A stretch of 64,000 bases of DNA from an uncultured Actinomycetes bacterium (GCA_963725125.1 CAVRXW010000035.1:3567-67566); one strand, 5' to 3'; shown: positions 39,451 to 49,372, counted from the first letter of the stretch. The notes: a model not told the origin generated them from the sequence alone. Translations and numbers: made by a program.

Positions 39451-40229
39451 CTAGTAGCCCGGGTCGCCGAACCGGGCGGCGAGCACGCGGAAGGCGCCCG
39501 GTGCCGTGCCGTGCAGCCAGGCCGGGAACCGCAGCCACCCCGGCACGTAGACCACGGGCCGCTCGTGCTCCAGCGCGGACACGATCGCCGCGGCCACCTG
39601 CCCGGCCGGCAGCGGCGCGGGCCGGGCCCGGCCGTAGGGCCGCCCGCGCCGGCTGAAGAACGGCGTGTCGATCACCCCGGGCACGATCAGGCTGACGGCC
39701 ACGCCCCGGCCCCGCACCTCGTAGGCCAGGCTCTCCGCGAAGCCGCCCAGCCCGGCCTTGGTGGCCGCGTACACCGCCTCGCCGCGGACGCCGGTGACCC
39801 CGGCGATGGAGGACACGAACACCACCCCGCCCCGGCCGCGCTCGATCATGCCCGGAACCAGCAGCCGGGTCAGTTCGATGGGCGCGGCCAGGTTGACGGT
39901 GGCCAGTTCGGTGACCTTCTCGGCGGGAATCTCGCCGAGCGGCCCCGCCCAGCCCAGGCCCGCGTTGCTGACGAGGATGTCGATGCCGCCCCGGGCGGCC
40001 GCCAGCGGTGTCCCGAGTGCACGCTCCGCGAGGCGCGCCGCGCCACCGGGCGCGGCGAGATCAGCACCGAGCGCGGTGCCGCCGGCCGGCCGGCCACCTC
40101 GGCCAGCCGTGTCTCATCGCGGCCGGTGAGCAGCAGGCTGGCCCCGGCCGCGGCCAGCGCCGCGGCGGTGGCCGCCCCGATTCCCGACGAGGCACCGGTC
40201 ACCAGCGCCACCGCGCCCTCGAGCCGCAT
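39451..40229 (-). pseudogene. short-chain dehydrogenase/reductase, one apparent frameshift
   Basis: The N-terminus VALVTGASSGIGAATA and the rest (NAG...SSIAG...YAATKAG) lie in different frames. The switch is inside the run CCGGCCGGCCGGCC at 40081-40094. Confidence 0.7.
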
Positions 40230-40337
40230 GGCGCCCCACTTTCGCGCACCGCAGCGGCGGTGGCAAGGACCGGTCCCCGGCCCGGGCCCGGCGTACCGGC
40301 CCGCCACACGGGGGCGCGCGCAGCAGGCGCGGGCGGC

Positions 40338-40751
40338 TCAGGTGCGCGCCGCGGCCTGTGTGTCCGCCGCAGTGTGGTCCGCCTCGGACCAGCAGCGGAC
40401 GATGTCGCGCATGGACAGCAGGCCGGTCACCTCGTGCCCGTCGAGCACGATGAGGTGCCGGAACCCAGCCCTGACCATGGTCGCCGCGGCCTGTTCCAGG
40501 GTCCAGTCCGGGGAGGCGAACACGACGTCCTCGGTGCGGTGCGCCGCGGCGAGTTCGGTATCCGGGTCCTGGCCGGCGCCGATCGAGTCGAGGATGTCGC
40601 GCTCGGTGAGAATGCCCACCCCGGGGTGCTCGGGGTCGCTCACCACGGCCGCGCCAACCCGCCTGGCCGACATGAGGCGGGCGGCTTCCCTGAGGGTGTG
40701 CGCCGGGCCGATCGACACGACCAGCTTGGTCATCCCGTCGCGTACGTTCAT
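40338..40751 (-). CDS. CBS-domain pair protein
   Basis: Two CBS repeats, length 137 aa. Confidence 0.85.
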   Translation of the reverse strand: MNVRDGMTKLVVSIGPAHTLREAARLMSARRVGAAVVSDPEHPGVGILTERDILDSIGAGQDPDTELAAAHRTEDVVFASPDWTLEQAAATMVRAGFRHLIVLDGHEVTGLLSMRDIVRCWSEADHTAADTQAAART

Positions 40752-40934
40752 CTGGCATCACTCCCCGAGCGTGCTGTCGTGGGCGATGCCTGGCCCGTGC
40801 CCGCGCCGCCATGGGCCAAGCGCTTGTGCCTTTGTGCTTGCCCTTACAGCATCGGTGATGGCCGCCCGCAGGGCAAGAGTGCGGCGCTGTTCCGCGCGCC
40901 GCGCGGGCCCGCTGCCTGGGCCTTTACCGCGGAG

Positions 40935-41726
40935 CTAGGCGCGGCCGCCGTTGAGCAGGCCCAGCGCCTCGGTGTGCAGCAGGCCGTTGCTGGAAACGGC
41001 GCTGCCGCCGTCCGGGGTCCGGTTGCCGGACAGGTCGGTGAACCTGCCGCCGGCCTGCTCGACGATCACCATGAGCGCCGCCAGGTCCCACAGCGACACC
41101 TCGGGCTCCGCGCAGACGTCGACCGCCCCCTCGGCGACCAGGACGTGGGACCAGAAGTCGCCGTAGGCGCGGGTGCGCCAGACCGCGCGGCCAAGGTCGA
41201 GCAGCCCGTCCAGGCGGCCCTGCGCCTCCCAGTCGGACAGGCTGGAATACGACAGTGACGCGTCCGGCATCTTGGCCACCGCCGAGACCCGGCACCGGGT
41301 GGCCGAGGTGAGGCTGCGGCCCGACCAGGCGCCCCCGTCCTTCGCCGCCCACCACCGGCGGGAGAGCGCGGGCGCGGACACCACCCCGACGACGACCTCG
41401 TCGCCGTCCATCAGGCCGATCAGGGTGGCCCAGACCGGGACGCCGCGCACGTAGTTCATGGTCGCGTCGATCGGGTCGATGACCCAGCAGCGCGGTCCGG
41501 CCCCGGCCCGGCCGAACTCCTCGCCGAGGACCGCGTCCCTCGGGCGCGCCCGGCGGAGCACGTTGCGCAGTGACTCCTCGCACGCGTGGTCCGCGTCGGT
41601 GACCGGGGTGAGGTCCGGTTTGGCCTCGACGCGCAGGTCGAGCGCCCGGAACCGGCGCGTGGTGATGTCGTCCGCCGCGTCCGCGAGGACGTGGGCGAAC
41701 CGCAGGTCGTCGCCATAACCCGCCAT
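40935..41726 (-). CDS. hisN: histidinol-phosphatase (IMPase family)
   Basis: TPVTDADHA, WVIDPIDATMNYVRGVPVWATLI and WDLAAL. Collinear with mycobacterial HisN as recalled. Confidence 0.8.
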   Translation of the reverse strand: MAGYGDDLRFAHVLADAADDITTRRFRALDLRVEAKPDLTPVTDADHACEESLRNVLRRARPRDAVLGEEFGRAGAGPRCWVIDPIDATMNYVRGVPVWATLIGLMDGDEVVVGVVSAPALSRRWWAAKDGGAWSGRSLTSATRCRVSAVAKMPDASLSYSSLSDWEAQGRLDGLLDLGRAVWRTRAYGDFWSHVLVAEGAVDVCAEPEVSLWDLAALMVIVEQAGGRFTDLSGNRTPDGGSAVSSNGLLHTEALGLLNGGRA

Positions 41727-41774
41727 GGCGCGCAACGGTACCGCCTTTGTGCCGCCACGTGCCACGCGGCATCC

Positions 41775-42809
41775 TCACCACGCGTCCGCGCCGTCGCGGC
41801 TGCGCAGCAGTCGCCGCAGCGAATCCAGCCGGGCGGCCAGGCGCGGATCGCTGCCCTGATCGCGCACCCAGTCGTCCAGCGCGCAGTCCGGCTGGTCGTG
41901 ATCGCAGCCCGGCGGGCACGCGGCGGTGCCCGGGGCCAGGTCGGTGAACGCCCGCGCCACCCGGTCCGGGGCGACGTGGCCGAGCCCGAACCCGCGCAGG
42001 CCGGGCGTGTCGATGATCCAGCCACCGCCCGGCAGCGCCAGGGCCACGGCGGAGGAGGAGGTGTGCCGCCCCCGTCCGGTCACCGCGTTGACCCTGCCGA
42101 CCGCCCGGCCGGCATCCGGGATCAGGGCGTTGACCAGCGTCGACTTGCCCACTCCCGAATGGCCGATGAGCACGCTGATCCGGCCCGCCAGATGCTGCCG
42201 CAGCGGGGCGAGCAGCGCCGCGTCCAGCGGCCGGCCGAGCACCACGTGGCCGATGCCCAGCGGCGCGTAGGCGTACAGCAGTTCGTCGGGGCTGGCCAGA
42301 TCGGCCTTGGTCAGGCAGAGCAGCGGGCGGAGCCCGGCGTCGAAGGCGGCCACCAGGCAGCGGTCGATGAACCGCGGCCGCGGCGGCGGATCGGCCAGCG
42401 CGCAGACGATGACCAACTGGTCCGCGTTGGCCACGATGACCCGCTCGACCGGATCGGTGTCGTCCGCCGAGCGGCGCAGCACGGTCGTCCGGGGGGACAC
42501 CCGGACGACCCGGGCGAGCGTGCCCGGCGCGCCCGAGGTGTCCCCGGCCAGCGCCACCTGGTCACCGACGACCACGCCGTGGCGGCCCAGTTCCCTGGCC
42601 CGCATCGCGGTGACCGTGCGGTCGCCGACCAGGACTCCGTACCTGCCCCGGTCGACCGCGGCGACAAAGCCGTCCACGGCGTCTTCGTGCGCGGGCCTGC
42701 GCCGGGTGCGCGGGCGGGAGCCCCGCCCCGGCCGCACCCGGATATCGTCCTCGTCCAGGTCCTGCCTCGCGCGCGGAGTCAGGGCACCTGCTCCAGCATC
42801 GACTCCCAC
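41775..42809 (-). CDS. rsgA: ribosome small-subunit-dependent GTPase A
   Basis: Circularly permuted GTPase with LTKADL, GHSGVGKSTLVNAL and DTPG, plus a C-terminal Cys/His Zn cluster. The start overlaps the aroA stop and is uncertain. Confidence 0.9.
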   Translation of the reverse strand: MGVDAGAGALTPRARQDLDEDDIRVRPGRGSRPRTRRRPAHEDAVDGFVAAVDRGRYGVLVGDRTVTAMRARELGRHGVVVGDQVALAGDTSGAPGTLARVVRVSPRTTVLRRSADDTDPVERVIVANADQLVIVCALADPPPRPRFIDRCLVAAFDAGLRPLLCLTKADLASPDELLYAYAPLGIGHVVLGRPLDAALLAPLRQHLAGRISVLIGHSGVGKSTLVNALIPDAGRAVGRVNAVTGRGRHTSSSAVALALPGGGWIIDTPGLRGFGLGHVAPDRVARAFTDLAPGTAACPPGCDHDQPDCALDDWVRDQGSDPRLAARLDSLRRLLRSRDGADAW

Positions 42810-44158
42810 AGCTGGGTGAAGCCGGGGAAGGTCTTCCCCACGGTGGCCACGTCCGCCACCTCGATCCCCGGCACGGCCAGGCCCAGCACGGCGCCGGCCA
42901 TGACCATCCGGTGATCGTCGTAGCTGGCGAACGGGCGGCCGCCGGCCCGCAGCGGCCGTGGCCTGATCGCCAGGCCGTCGGGCAGTTCGCTGACCTCGCC
43001 GCCGAGCGCGCCGATCTCGGTGGCCAGCGCCGCCAGCCGGTCGGTCTCGTGCCGGCGCATGTGCCCGATGCCGGTCAGCCGGGACGGGCCGTCGGCCAGC
43101 GCGGCCAGCGCAGCCGCCACCGGCGCCGACTCGCTGACGTCGGCCAGGTCCGCGGTGACCGGCCGGATCCGGCCGGTCCCGGTGACGGTCAGCCCGCCTC
43201 CCGCCTCCCCTTCCCCCTTCACGGCCAGCCTGCAGTCCGCCCCGAACGCGGCCATCAGGTCGAGGATCTGGCCGCTGGCCTGCGAGGTCACGGCCGGCCA
43301 GTCCGCGATCGTCACGGCTCCGCCGGTGACCAGTGCCGCGGCGAGGAACGGCACCGCGTTGGAAAGGTCAGGCTGAACGATCACCTCGTGGTGCCCGATC
43401 ACCCCCGGGTGAACGCGCCACGTGTCGGGCGTGCCTGGCGGCGTATCCGGCTCCCGCGTCCACGTCTCCACCTCGGCGCCCGCGTCGCGGAGCATGCCGA
43501 CCGTCATGGCGATGTGCGGCGCGGACGGGGCCCGGCCGCCGCGGTGCCGTATCTCCGCGCCCTTGTCGAACCGCGGTGCGGCGATGAGCAGGCCGGACAC
43601 GAGCTGGGAGGAGGCCGAGGCGTCCAGGGTGACCGCGCCGCCCGGCAGCGACCCGGTCCCGTGCACGGTGAACGGGACGGCACCCCGCCCCCCGTCGTCG
43701 ATGACGGCACCGAGTTCGCGCAGCGCGGCGAGTATCGGCCCCACCGGCCGCTCCGCCGCCCGGGCATCGCCGTGGAAGGCGGCGCGCACGCCGGTGAGGG
43801 CCGCCACGGCCGGGGCGAAGCGCAGCACCGTGCCGGCGTTGCCCACAGCCACGCTGACGTCGGCTCCTGGCTGCCCCGGAGTCACCTGCCACGAGGGGGA
43901 GCGGCCGGCCGCGCCTTGATCGTCTGGCATGTTGTCGGTGATCGTGGCGCCGAGGGCGGTCAGCGCCGCGCGCATCAGCAGCGTGTCGCGGGCGTGCAGC
44001 GGGCCGGTGAGGATCCCTGGCCCATCGGCGAGGGCGGCCAGCACCAGGGCCCGGTTTGTCATGGATTTCGAGCCTGGCACGGACACCCGCGCCCGCACCG
44101 GGCCGGCCGCGGCCGGGGCTGGCCAGGTCCGGCCCTCCTGCGGTGCCGAGTGCGCCAT
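42779..44158 (-). CDS. aroA: 3-phosphoshikimate 1-carboxyvinyltransferase
   Basis: VPGSKSMTNRALVLAALA and a full-length EPSP synthase pattern. The start is at the ATG 44158. Confidence 0.95.
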   Translation of the reverse strand: MAHSAPQEGRTWPAPAAAGPVRARVSVPGSKSMTNRALVLAALADGPGILTGPLHARDTLLMRAALTALGATITDNMPDDQGAAGRSPSWQVTPGQPGADVSVAVGNAGTVLRFAPAVAALTGVRAAFHGDARAAERPVGPILAALRELGAVIDDGGRGAVPFTVHGTGSLPGGAVTLDASASSQLVSGLLIAAPRFDKGAEIRHRGGRAPSAPHIAMTVGMLRDAGAEVETWTREPDTPPGTPDTWRVHPGVIGHHEVIVQPDLSNAVPFLAAALVTGGAVTIADWPAVTSQASGQILDLMAAFGADCRLAVKGEGEAGGGLTVTGTGRIRPVTADLADVSESAPVAAALAALADGPSRLTGIGHMRRHETDRLAALATEIGALGGEVSELPDGLAIRPRPLRAGGRPFASYDDHRMVMAGAVLGLAVPGIEVADVATVGKTFPGFTQLWESMLEQVP

Positions 44159-44324
44159 AGGAGTGAGCCTAGTGCGCCACCGGGGCGGGCCGGCTTTCCG
44201 GCGCGCGGGCGGCGGGGCGGCCACGAAGGACGGCTGCCCAGGTTTGGCGCGCTGGTTTCGTGGCTATGAAAAGGCACATTCTGTACATCCCCCAGCCTTC
44301 TTTACGACACCCAGGTGAGAGCAC

Positions 44325-45120
44325 ATGTGCGGCCGGTACGCGTCGGCGCGGAAGCGCCAGGACCTCCTTGAGGAGTTCCGTATCGACCGCGACCGGGTGA
44401 CCGACGACCTTGAGCCGGACTACAACGTCGCCCCGACCAAGCCGGTCTACGCGGTGCTCACCCGGGGCCAGCGCGGCGACGGCGCCGCCGGGCCCGGCGG
44501 CGAGGGCGCGGGATCCGGGCGCGGGCTCCGGCCAGGAAGTGGCCCGTGAGCTGCGGGTGGTGCGCTGGGGCCTGGTGCCGTTCTGGGCCAAGGACCCGTC
44601 CATCGGCAGCCGCATGATCAACGCCCGGGTGGAGACGGTGGACGCCAAGCCCGCGTTCCGCCGCGCGTTCGCCAAGCGCCGGTGCCTGCTGCCCGCGGAC
44701 GGCTTCTACGAGTGGCTGAAGGTCGAGGACCAGGGCAAGACCCGCAAGCAGCCGTACTACATTCACCGCACCGACGGCGGGGTGCTCGCCTTCGCCGGGC
44801 TGTATGAGCTGTGGCGGGACAAGTCCGTCCCCGACGATCACCCGCAGGCCTGGCTCTGGACGGCCGTGATCATCACGACCAGCGCCGAGGACGAGGTCGG
44901 CCGGCTCCACGACCGGATGCCGATGGTGATCGATCCCGCCCGGTGGGATGACTGGCTCGACCCGGACAGCAGCGACGCCGCGCACGTGCACGCGCTGCTC
45001 GCGCCCGCGGCGGCCAGCGGGCTGGCGTCCTACCCGGTCGGCACGGACGTCAATTACGTGAGAAACAACGGCCCCAGGCTGATCGAGCCGCTGGCTGGTG
45101 ATCCGGCCCCGCTCGCCTGA
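44325..45120 (+). pseudogene. SOS-response-associated peptidase (SRAP/YedK), one apparent frameshift
   Basis: MCGRY...YNVAPT is in frame 1, which stops at 44549. RVVRWGLVPFWAKD...ADGFYEW... is in a second frame. The switch lies in the Gly/Ala-rich stretch 44470-44535. Confidence 0.75.
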
Positions 45121-45195
45121 GGGGACGGCGGCAACACCGGGGCAGCCCACGCAACGGCGCTTCGCTTCGCCCCTGCCTAGAGAGGAGGACACCCC

Positions 45196-45543
45196 GTGGA
45201 CACTGTGACCGCTCGCGTGCGTCTGGAGGAGATGCGCGGCCAGATCGACAGGTCGATCATGGTCCTGGAGGGAGAGCATCCCGTGGGACGCGCCGCCATC
45301 GACTCGCCGCAGGATCCGGCGGACGCCGGCACCACGCTGTCCGAGACGGACCGGACAGAGGCGTCGCTCGCAGCGGTCCAGTCGCAGCGGCGGATGGTCA
45401 TGGACGCGCTGGTGCGGATCGAGACGGGGGTCTACGGTACGTGCGCCGACTGTGCCAAGCCGATACCGGAGGGACGGCTGGATGCCCGGCCGGAGGCGGC
45501 CCGCTGCGTCGCCTGCCAGTCCAAGCGGGACCGCCGCCACTAA
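45196..45543 (+). CDS. DksA/TraR-family C4 zinc-finger protein
   Basis: CADCAKPIPEGRLDARPEAARCVACQ. GAGGAGGA RBS before a GTG start. Confidence 0.8.
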   Translation: MDTVTARVRLEEMRGQIDRSIMVLEGEHPVGRAAIDSPQDPADAGTTLSETDRTEASLAAVQSQRRMVMDALVRIETGVYGTCADCAKPIPEGRLDARPEAARCVACQSKRDRRH

Positions 45544-45611
45544 CGGCCAGCCGGGGCTGGCAGGCCCAGGCCCAGCGACGAAGGAACGGGGCCTGGGGCC
45601 ACCGGGGGGCT

Positions 45612-45632
45612 CCGGGGGGTCGCTCCCCCGGG
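45612..45632. terminator. GC hairpin, one copy of a dispersed 22-nt element
   Basis: CCGGGGG gtcgct CCCCCGG lies immediately after the stop of the minus-strand methyltransferase. It is 21/22 identical to the reverse complement of 50679-50700. Confidence 0.4.
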
Positions 45633-46445
45633 CTAGCAGGGCTTGCGTGCCGTGGCGACCAGGCTGATGCCGAACGCCTCGTCGGAGCCGGCCTCGGCCA
45701 CCGGATCCCGCCCGGCCTGCAGTTCGGCGCGGATCAGCCGCGCCATGGCGCCCGGCTGCTTGCGCAGGACGTGATCCACGGTGGACGGGGACAGCACCGT
45801 CCGGGGCCTGATCGAGGTCACCTCCAGGCCCGCCTCGGTGAGCAGGTCGCCGAACTGCGCCGCGCCGAAGCACCGGGTGATGGTCCCGTCCGGCCAGGGG
45901 ATCAGCACCACCTCGGCGTGTGGGAGGTCGGTGAGGTGGGCCCAGTGCCGCTGCTCGGCCAGGATGGCCATGCCCAGGACCAGCGAGTCCACGGAGGCGA
46001 GCAGTTCGCCCCCGGGCCGCAGCACCCGCGCGATCTCCGCGGCGAGATCCTCCGCCATGAGCTGCCGGGACAGCGCGCCGCCCTCGGCGATGACGCCGTC
46101 GACGCAGCCGTCGGCGAGGAATGCCAGGCTGCCGGCCTCGGCCACCACCGGGGCGACCGGGCCCGGCGGTGCCATCAGGCCCGGCGGCGCCCGCCGGGCC
46201 GCGGTGGGCGGGCCCGGGTGCGCGGTGACGACCCGGACCACCGCGTGCCCGGCCCCGGCCGCCTGGGCCGCGGCCGTGGCCGTGGCCGGGCCCGAGATGT
46301 CGAGGAGCAGCCGCCGCCCGGCGGGGAGCCAGGCGGCGAGCTGGGCCTTGGCCACCGCCCGCTGGAACCGCCAATACGCCGTGAGCGAGCCTGGCCGAAG
46401 CACGGCCAGCGGGCTGGCCGTTGTGGTCGCCACCGTTGACTCCAT
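45633..46445 (-). CDS. class I SAM-dependent methyltransferase-like protein
   Basis: LLLDISGP.., LRPGGELLASV. The start is at the ATG 46445. Confidence 0.7.
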   Translation of the reverse strand: MESTVATTTASPLAVLRPGSLTAYWRFQRAVAKAQLAAWLPAGRRLLLDISGPATATAAAQAAGAGHAVVRVVTAHPGPPTAARRAPPGLMAPPGPVAPVVAEAGSLAFLADGCVDGVIAEGGALSRQLMAEDLAAEIARVLRPGGELLASVDSLVLGMAILAEQRHWAHLTDLPHAEVVLIPWPDGTITRCFGAAQFGDLLTEAGLEVTSIRPRTVLSPSTVDHVLRKQPGAMARLIRAELQAGRDPVAEAGSDEAFGISLVATARKPC

Positions 46446-46617
46446 CCGCCGTCCGACAAACCGGCGCGGTCGGCCGGCCGCGCCGGATCGCGGCGCGGAC
46501 CCGGATAAGCGCACCGCGCTGGCACCCCGCCAGGCCATCGCGACGGCCGCACTTCCGGCAAACCGTTATGCCTGATTCTCCCCAGTCTGCGGCCGGCCTC
46601 ACCTGACCGGCCGGGAC

Positions 46618-46643
46618 GGAATGAATACCCTGCCAGCCCTGTT
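46618..46643 (+). promoter_or_regulatory. SigH/SigR-type promoter GGAAT-N18-GTT
   Basis: GGAAT (46618-22), an 18-nt spacer, then GTT (46641-43), directly upstream of the sigH ORF. Confidence 0.7.
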
Positions 46644-46766
46644 GCACACGGCGTGCTCATGACCAGTGACGCATCCCTCGGTGATGTTGCTCCGGTGGCT
46701 GCCTTCAGCCGGCTCCGGCCAGGCCATGTATTCTCCCGCCAAGATGGCATCGGTGGCCGGGCGCGG

Positions 46767-47423
46767 ATGCAGACACCGGAGGAGGTGGGTCCGGTACCAG
46801 AGACACTCGAACAGCGCGGCGAGCGCTTCGAGCGCGAGGTGTTGCCGTACCTGGATCAGCTGTACTCAGCCGGGATGCGGATGACCCGCAACGCGGCGGA
46901 CGCCGAGGACCTGGTTCAGGAGACCTTCGCCAAGGCCTACGCCTCGTTCCACCAGTTCGAGCCTGGCACGAACCTGAAGGCATGGCTGTTCCGGATCCTC
47001 ACCAACACCTTCATCAACTCCTATCGCAAGAGGCAGCGTGAGCCGCAGCGGGCCGGGGCTGAGGAAGTGGAGGACTGGCAGCTTGCCAGGGCGGCCTCGC
47101 ACACCTCGGCCGGGCTGAAATCGGCCGAGGCCGAGGCGCTGGAAAGGCTGCCGGATTCCGACATCAAGAGCGCCTTGCAAGCCCTGCCGGAAGAGTTCCG
47201 CATCGCGGTGTACCTGGCCGACGTGGAGGGCTTCGCCTACAAAGAGATCGCCGAGATCATGGGCACGCCCATCGGCACGGTGATGTCCCGCCTGCACCGG
47301 GGGCGCAGGCAGTTGCGTGACATGCTGCAGGGCTACGCGCGGGAGAGCGGCGTGGTCCGGGCGGCGTCGGCAGCAGGGCCGCAGGGGGAGGACGGCGGCG
47401 GGCCTGGGGAGGCTGAGAGATGA
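46767..47423 (+). CDS. sigH: ECF sigma factor SigH/SigR
   Basis: Near-collinear with mycobacterial SigH as recalled (LDQLY..MRMTRN.ADAEDL.QET..KAY...TNLKAWL.RILTN..IN.YRK...[39 protein letters not shown]). The ORF stays open upstream to the GTG at 46653. Confidence 0.9.
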   Translation: MQTPEEVGPVPETLEQRGERFEREVLPYLDQLYSAGMRMTRNAADAEDLVQETFAKAYASFHQFEPGTNLKAWLFRILTNTFINSYRKRQREPQRAGAEEVEDWQLARAASHTSAGLKSAEAEALERLPDSDIKSALQALPEEFRIAVYLADVEGFAYKEIAEIMGTPIGTVMSRLHRGRRQLRDMLQGYARESGVVRAASAAGPQGEDGGGPGEAER

Positions 47424-47701
47424 GCTGCGGCAAGCCGCACGAGACCCCGTGTACCGAGGTGCTGGAGCGGGTCTACACCTACCTGGACGGCGAGCTCGAA
47501 GCGCCGACCATCGCGAAGATCCGGCAGCACCTCGACGAATGCGGGCCGTGCTTCGAGGAGTTTGGCCTCGATGAACTTGTCAAGAAGCTGGTGCGCAAGA
47601 CCTGCGGGCACGACCGGGTGCCCGACGAGCTGAGGGTCAAGGTCCGGGTCCGGATCCAGCAGGTCCAGGCGGAGCTGAGGGTCAGCCAGCCCACCGAGTA
47701 G
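47420..47701 (+). CDS. rshA: ZAS-family anti-sigma factor RshA/RsrA
   Basis: HLDECGPC (HxxxCxxC) plus the N-terminal Cys. ATGA overlap with sigH. Confidence 0.9.
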   Translation: MSCGKPHETPCTEVLERVYTYLDGELEAPTIAKIRQHLDECGPCFEEFGLDELVKKLVRKTCGHDRVPDELRVKVRVRIQQVQAELRVSQPTE

Positions 47702-47904
47702 CGGCGCTGGCCGTTCCTGGTGATTGCACCGAACGGCAGCGAAGCCTGCGCAGGTCTGGCCGATCACGTTACCCTTTGTGCTGGCGGCGATGAATGGGCC
47801 TGCTTTGGCTGGGCCGAGGCCCCGACTTAGCATGCCCTCGGACCGGCCCCGCCCCCGGCAGCGGAGGTGACCGATGCGGCATGCGGTTGCCGCTGATCCC
47901 GATA

Positions 47905-47946
47905 TGCCCGCGCGGGGCGCAGGTGTGCCCGCGCGGGGCGCAGGCA
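47905..47946. repeat. 21-bp x2 tandem repeat, each unit holding the palindrome CCCGCGCGGG
   Basis: TGCCCGCGCGGGGCGCAGGTG followed by TGCCCGCGCGGGGCGCAGGCA, ending 25 nt upstream of the HD-GYP start codon. Confidence 0.9.
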
Positions 47947-47971
47947 CCCGGCCGATGGCGACCCGGCCGGC

Positions 47972-49372
47972 ATGGTGACCGGTATCGGGCACCGGCTGCG
48001 CGGCGGGCGGGCCTCCAGGCTCTCGCCGGCCGCGTGGCTGTATGTCGCGGCCGTGGTGGCGGCCGCCCTCGCCGTGCTCGGCCAGGCGCTGGGCGCCGAC
48101 CCCGACCTGGACGGCCCGCTCAAGCAGGCGTGGGTCATGGCGGTGCTCGCCCTGCTGTTCCTGATCTGCGACTCCGCGCCGACGACCCTGGCCTCCCGGC
48201 AGTCCGCCTGGTCACCGAGTTCCCCGGCGACGCTGGCCGCCGTCGTGCTGGTCGGGCCGGTGGGTGCCCTGGTGGTGGGCGCGACCTCGCTGGTCAGCGT
48301 GCGCCGTGGCCTCGATCTCACCCAGCGGGTGTTCAACGCGTCGATGTACGGCCTGTCCGCCTGGGCGGCGGGTGAGGCCTACCTCGCGCTCGGCGGCCGT
48401 GTCGGCCACCCCAGCTACGGTTCGTTCCCCGGCATCATCGTGCCGTTCGCCGTCGCCGCCGTGGTGCACGTGTTCCTCAACCACGGGCTGCTGTGGGGCA
48501 TGCTCATGCTGGTGCCCCCGGCCGAGCCGGGGCAGCCCGCCGGGACGTTGCAGCGGCACATCCCGATGCTGTTCCTCTCCGACCTCGGGTACGCGACCCT
48601 GGGCCTGCTCATCGCCGCCCTGTGGAGCGTCGGGGGCGCCTTCGCGGCGATTCTCGTGCTGGTCCCGCTGTTCGTGGCGCGGTGGGCCATCGGCCAGTTC
48701 GCCGCGCAGGAACGGGCCTACGCCGCCACCATGGCCGCGCTGTGCCAGGCCGTCGAGACCAAGGACTGCTACACCAGGGGCCACAGCGAGCGGGTCTCCC
48801 GTGGCTCGGCGATGATCGCCCGCGAGGTGGGCATGCGGGCGCGCCGGGTCGAGGCGATCCGCTACGCGGGCATGCTCCACGATGTGGGCAAGCTGGGCGT
48901 GCCCACGACGGTGCTGCAGAAGAGCGGCGCGCTGACCGAGGAGGAGTTCGCCGCGATCCAGTTGCACCCGATGCGCGGGCTGGCCATCGTGCGGGAGATC
49001 GGCTTCCTCGACGAGGCGCTGGCCGGCATCATGCACCACCACGAGCGGATGGACGGGGGCGGCTACCCGATGGGACTGGCCGGCGACGAGATCCCCGAGT
49101 TCGCCCGGGTCATCGCGGTCGCCGACGCCTTCGACGCGATGACCTCGAACCGCTCCTACCGTGGTGCGCGCTCGATCGACGAGGCCATCGCCGACCTGCG
49201 CAAGTGGTCCGGAACCCAGTTCGATCCGGCGCTGGTGGACGCGTTCGTGGCCGCGCTGCAGCGGGAGGGCTGGGAACAGCCCCGGCCGGCCGCCGTGCAG
49301 CCCGCCGACAGCATGGCCGCGCAGGATCACGACGACCCCACGGCGCCGCTGCGGGTGGTGGAGAGCTGGTGA
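47972..49372 (+). CDS. membrane-anchored HD-GYP domain protein
   Basis: Polytopic N-terminal domain, followed by GHSERV...LHDVGK...HHERMDGGGYP. Confidence 0.85.
   Translation: MVTGIGHRLRGGRASRLSPAAWLYVAAVVAAALAVLGQALGADPDLDGPLKQAWVMAVLALLFLICDSAPTTLASRQSAWSPSSPATLAAVVLVGPVGALVVGATSLVSVRRGLDLTQRVFNASMYGLSAWAAGEAYLALGGRVGHPSYGSFPGIIVPFAVAAVVHVFLNHGLLWGMLMLVPPAEPGQPAGTLQRHIPMLFLSDLGYATLGLLIAALWSVGGAFAAILVLVPLFVARWAIGQFAAQERAYAATMAALCQAVETKDCYTRGHSERVSRGSAMIAREVGMRARRVEAIRYAGMLHDVGKLGVPTTVLQKSGALTEEEFAAIQLHPMRGLAIVREIGFLDEALAGIMHHHERMDGGGYPMGLAGDEIPEFARVIAVADAFDAMTSNRSYRGARSIDEAIADLRKWSGTQFDPALVDAFVAALQREGWEQPRPAAVQPADSMAAQDHDDPTAPLRVVESW

Noticed and set aside
44225-44324. Search for a LexA/SOS box (TCGAAC-N4-GTTCGA type) upstream of the SRAP gene
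   Set aside because: No acceptable match was seen, so no SOS regulation is claimed.
44458-46647. 729-aa minus-strand ORF
   Set aside because: It overlaps the SRAP, DksA-like and methyltransferase genes in wrong frames or on the wrong strand, and it is a low-complexity Arg/Gly/Pro translation.
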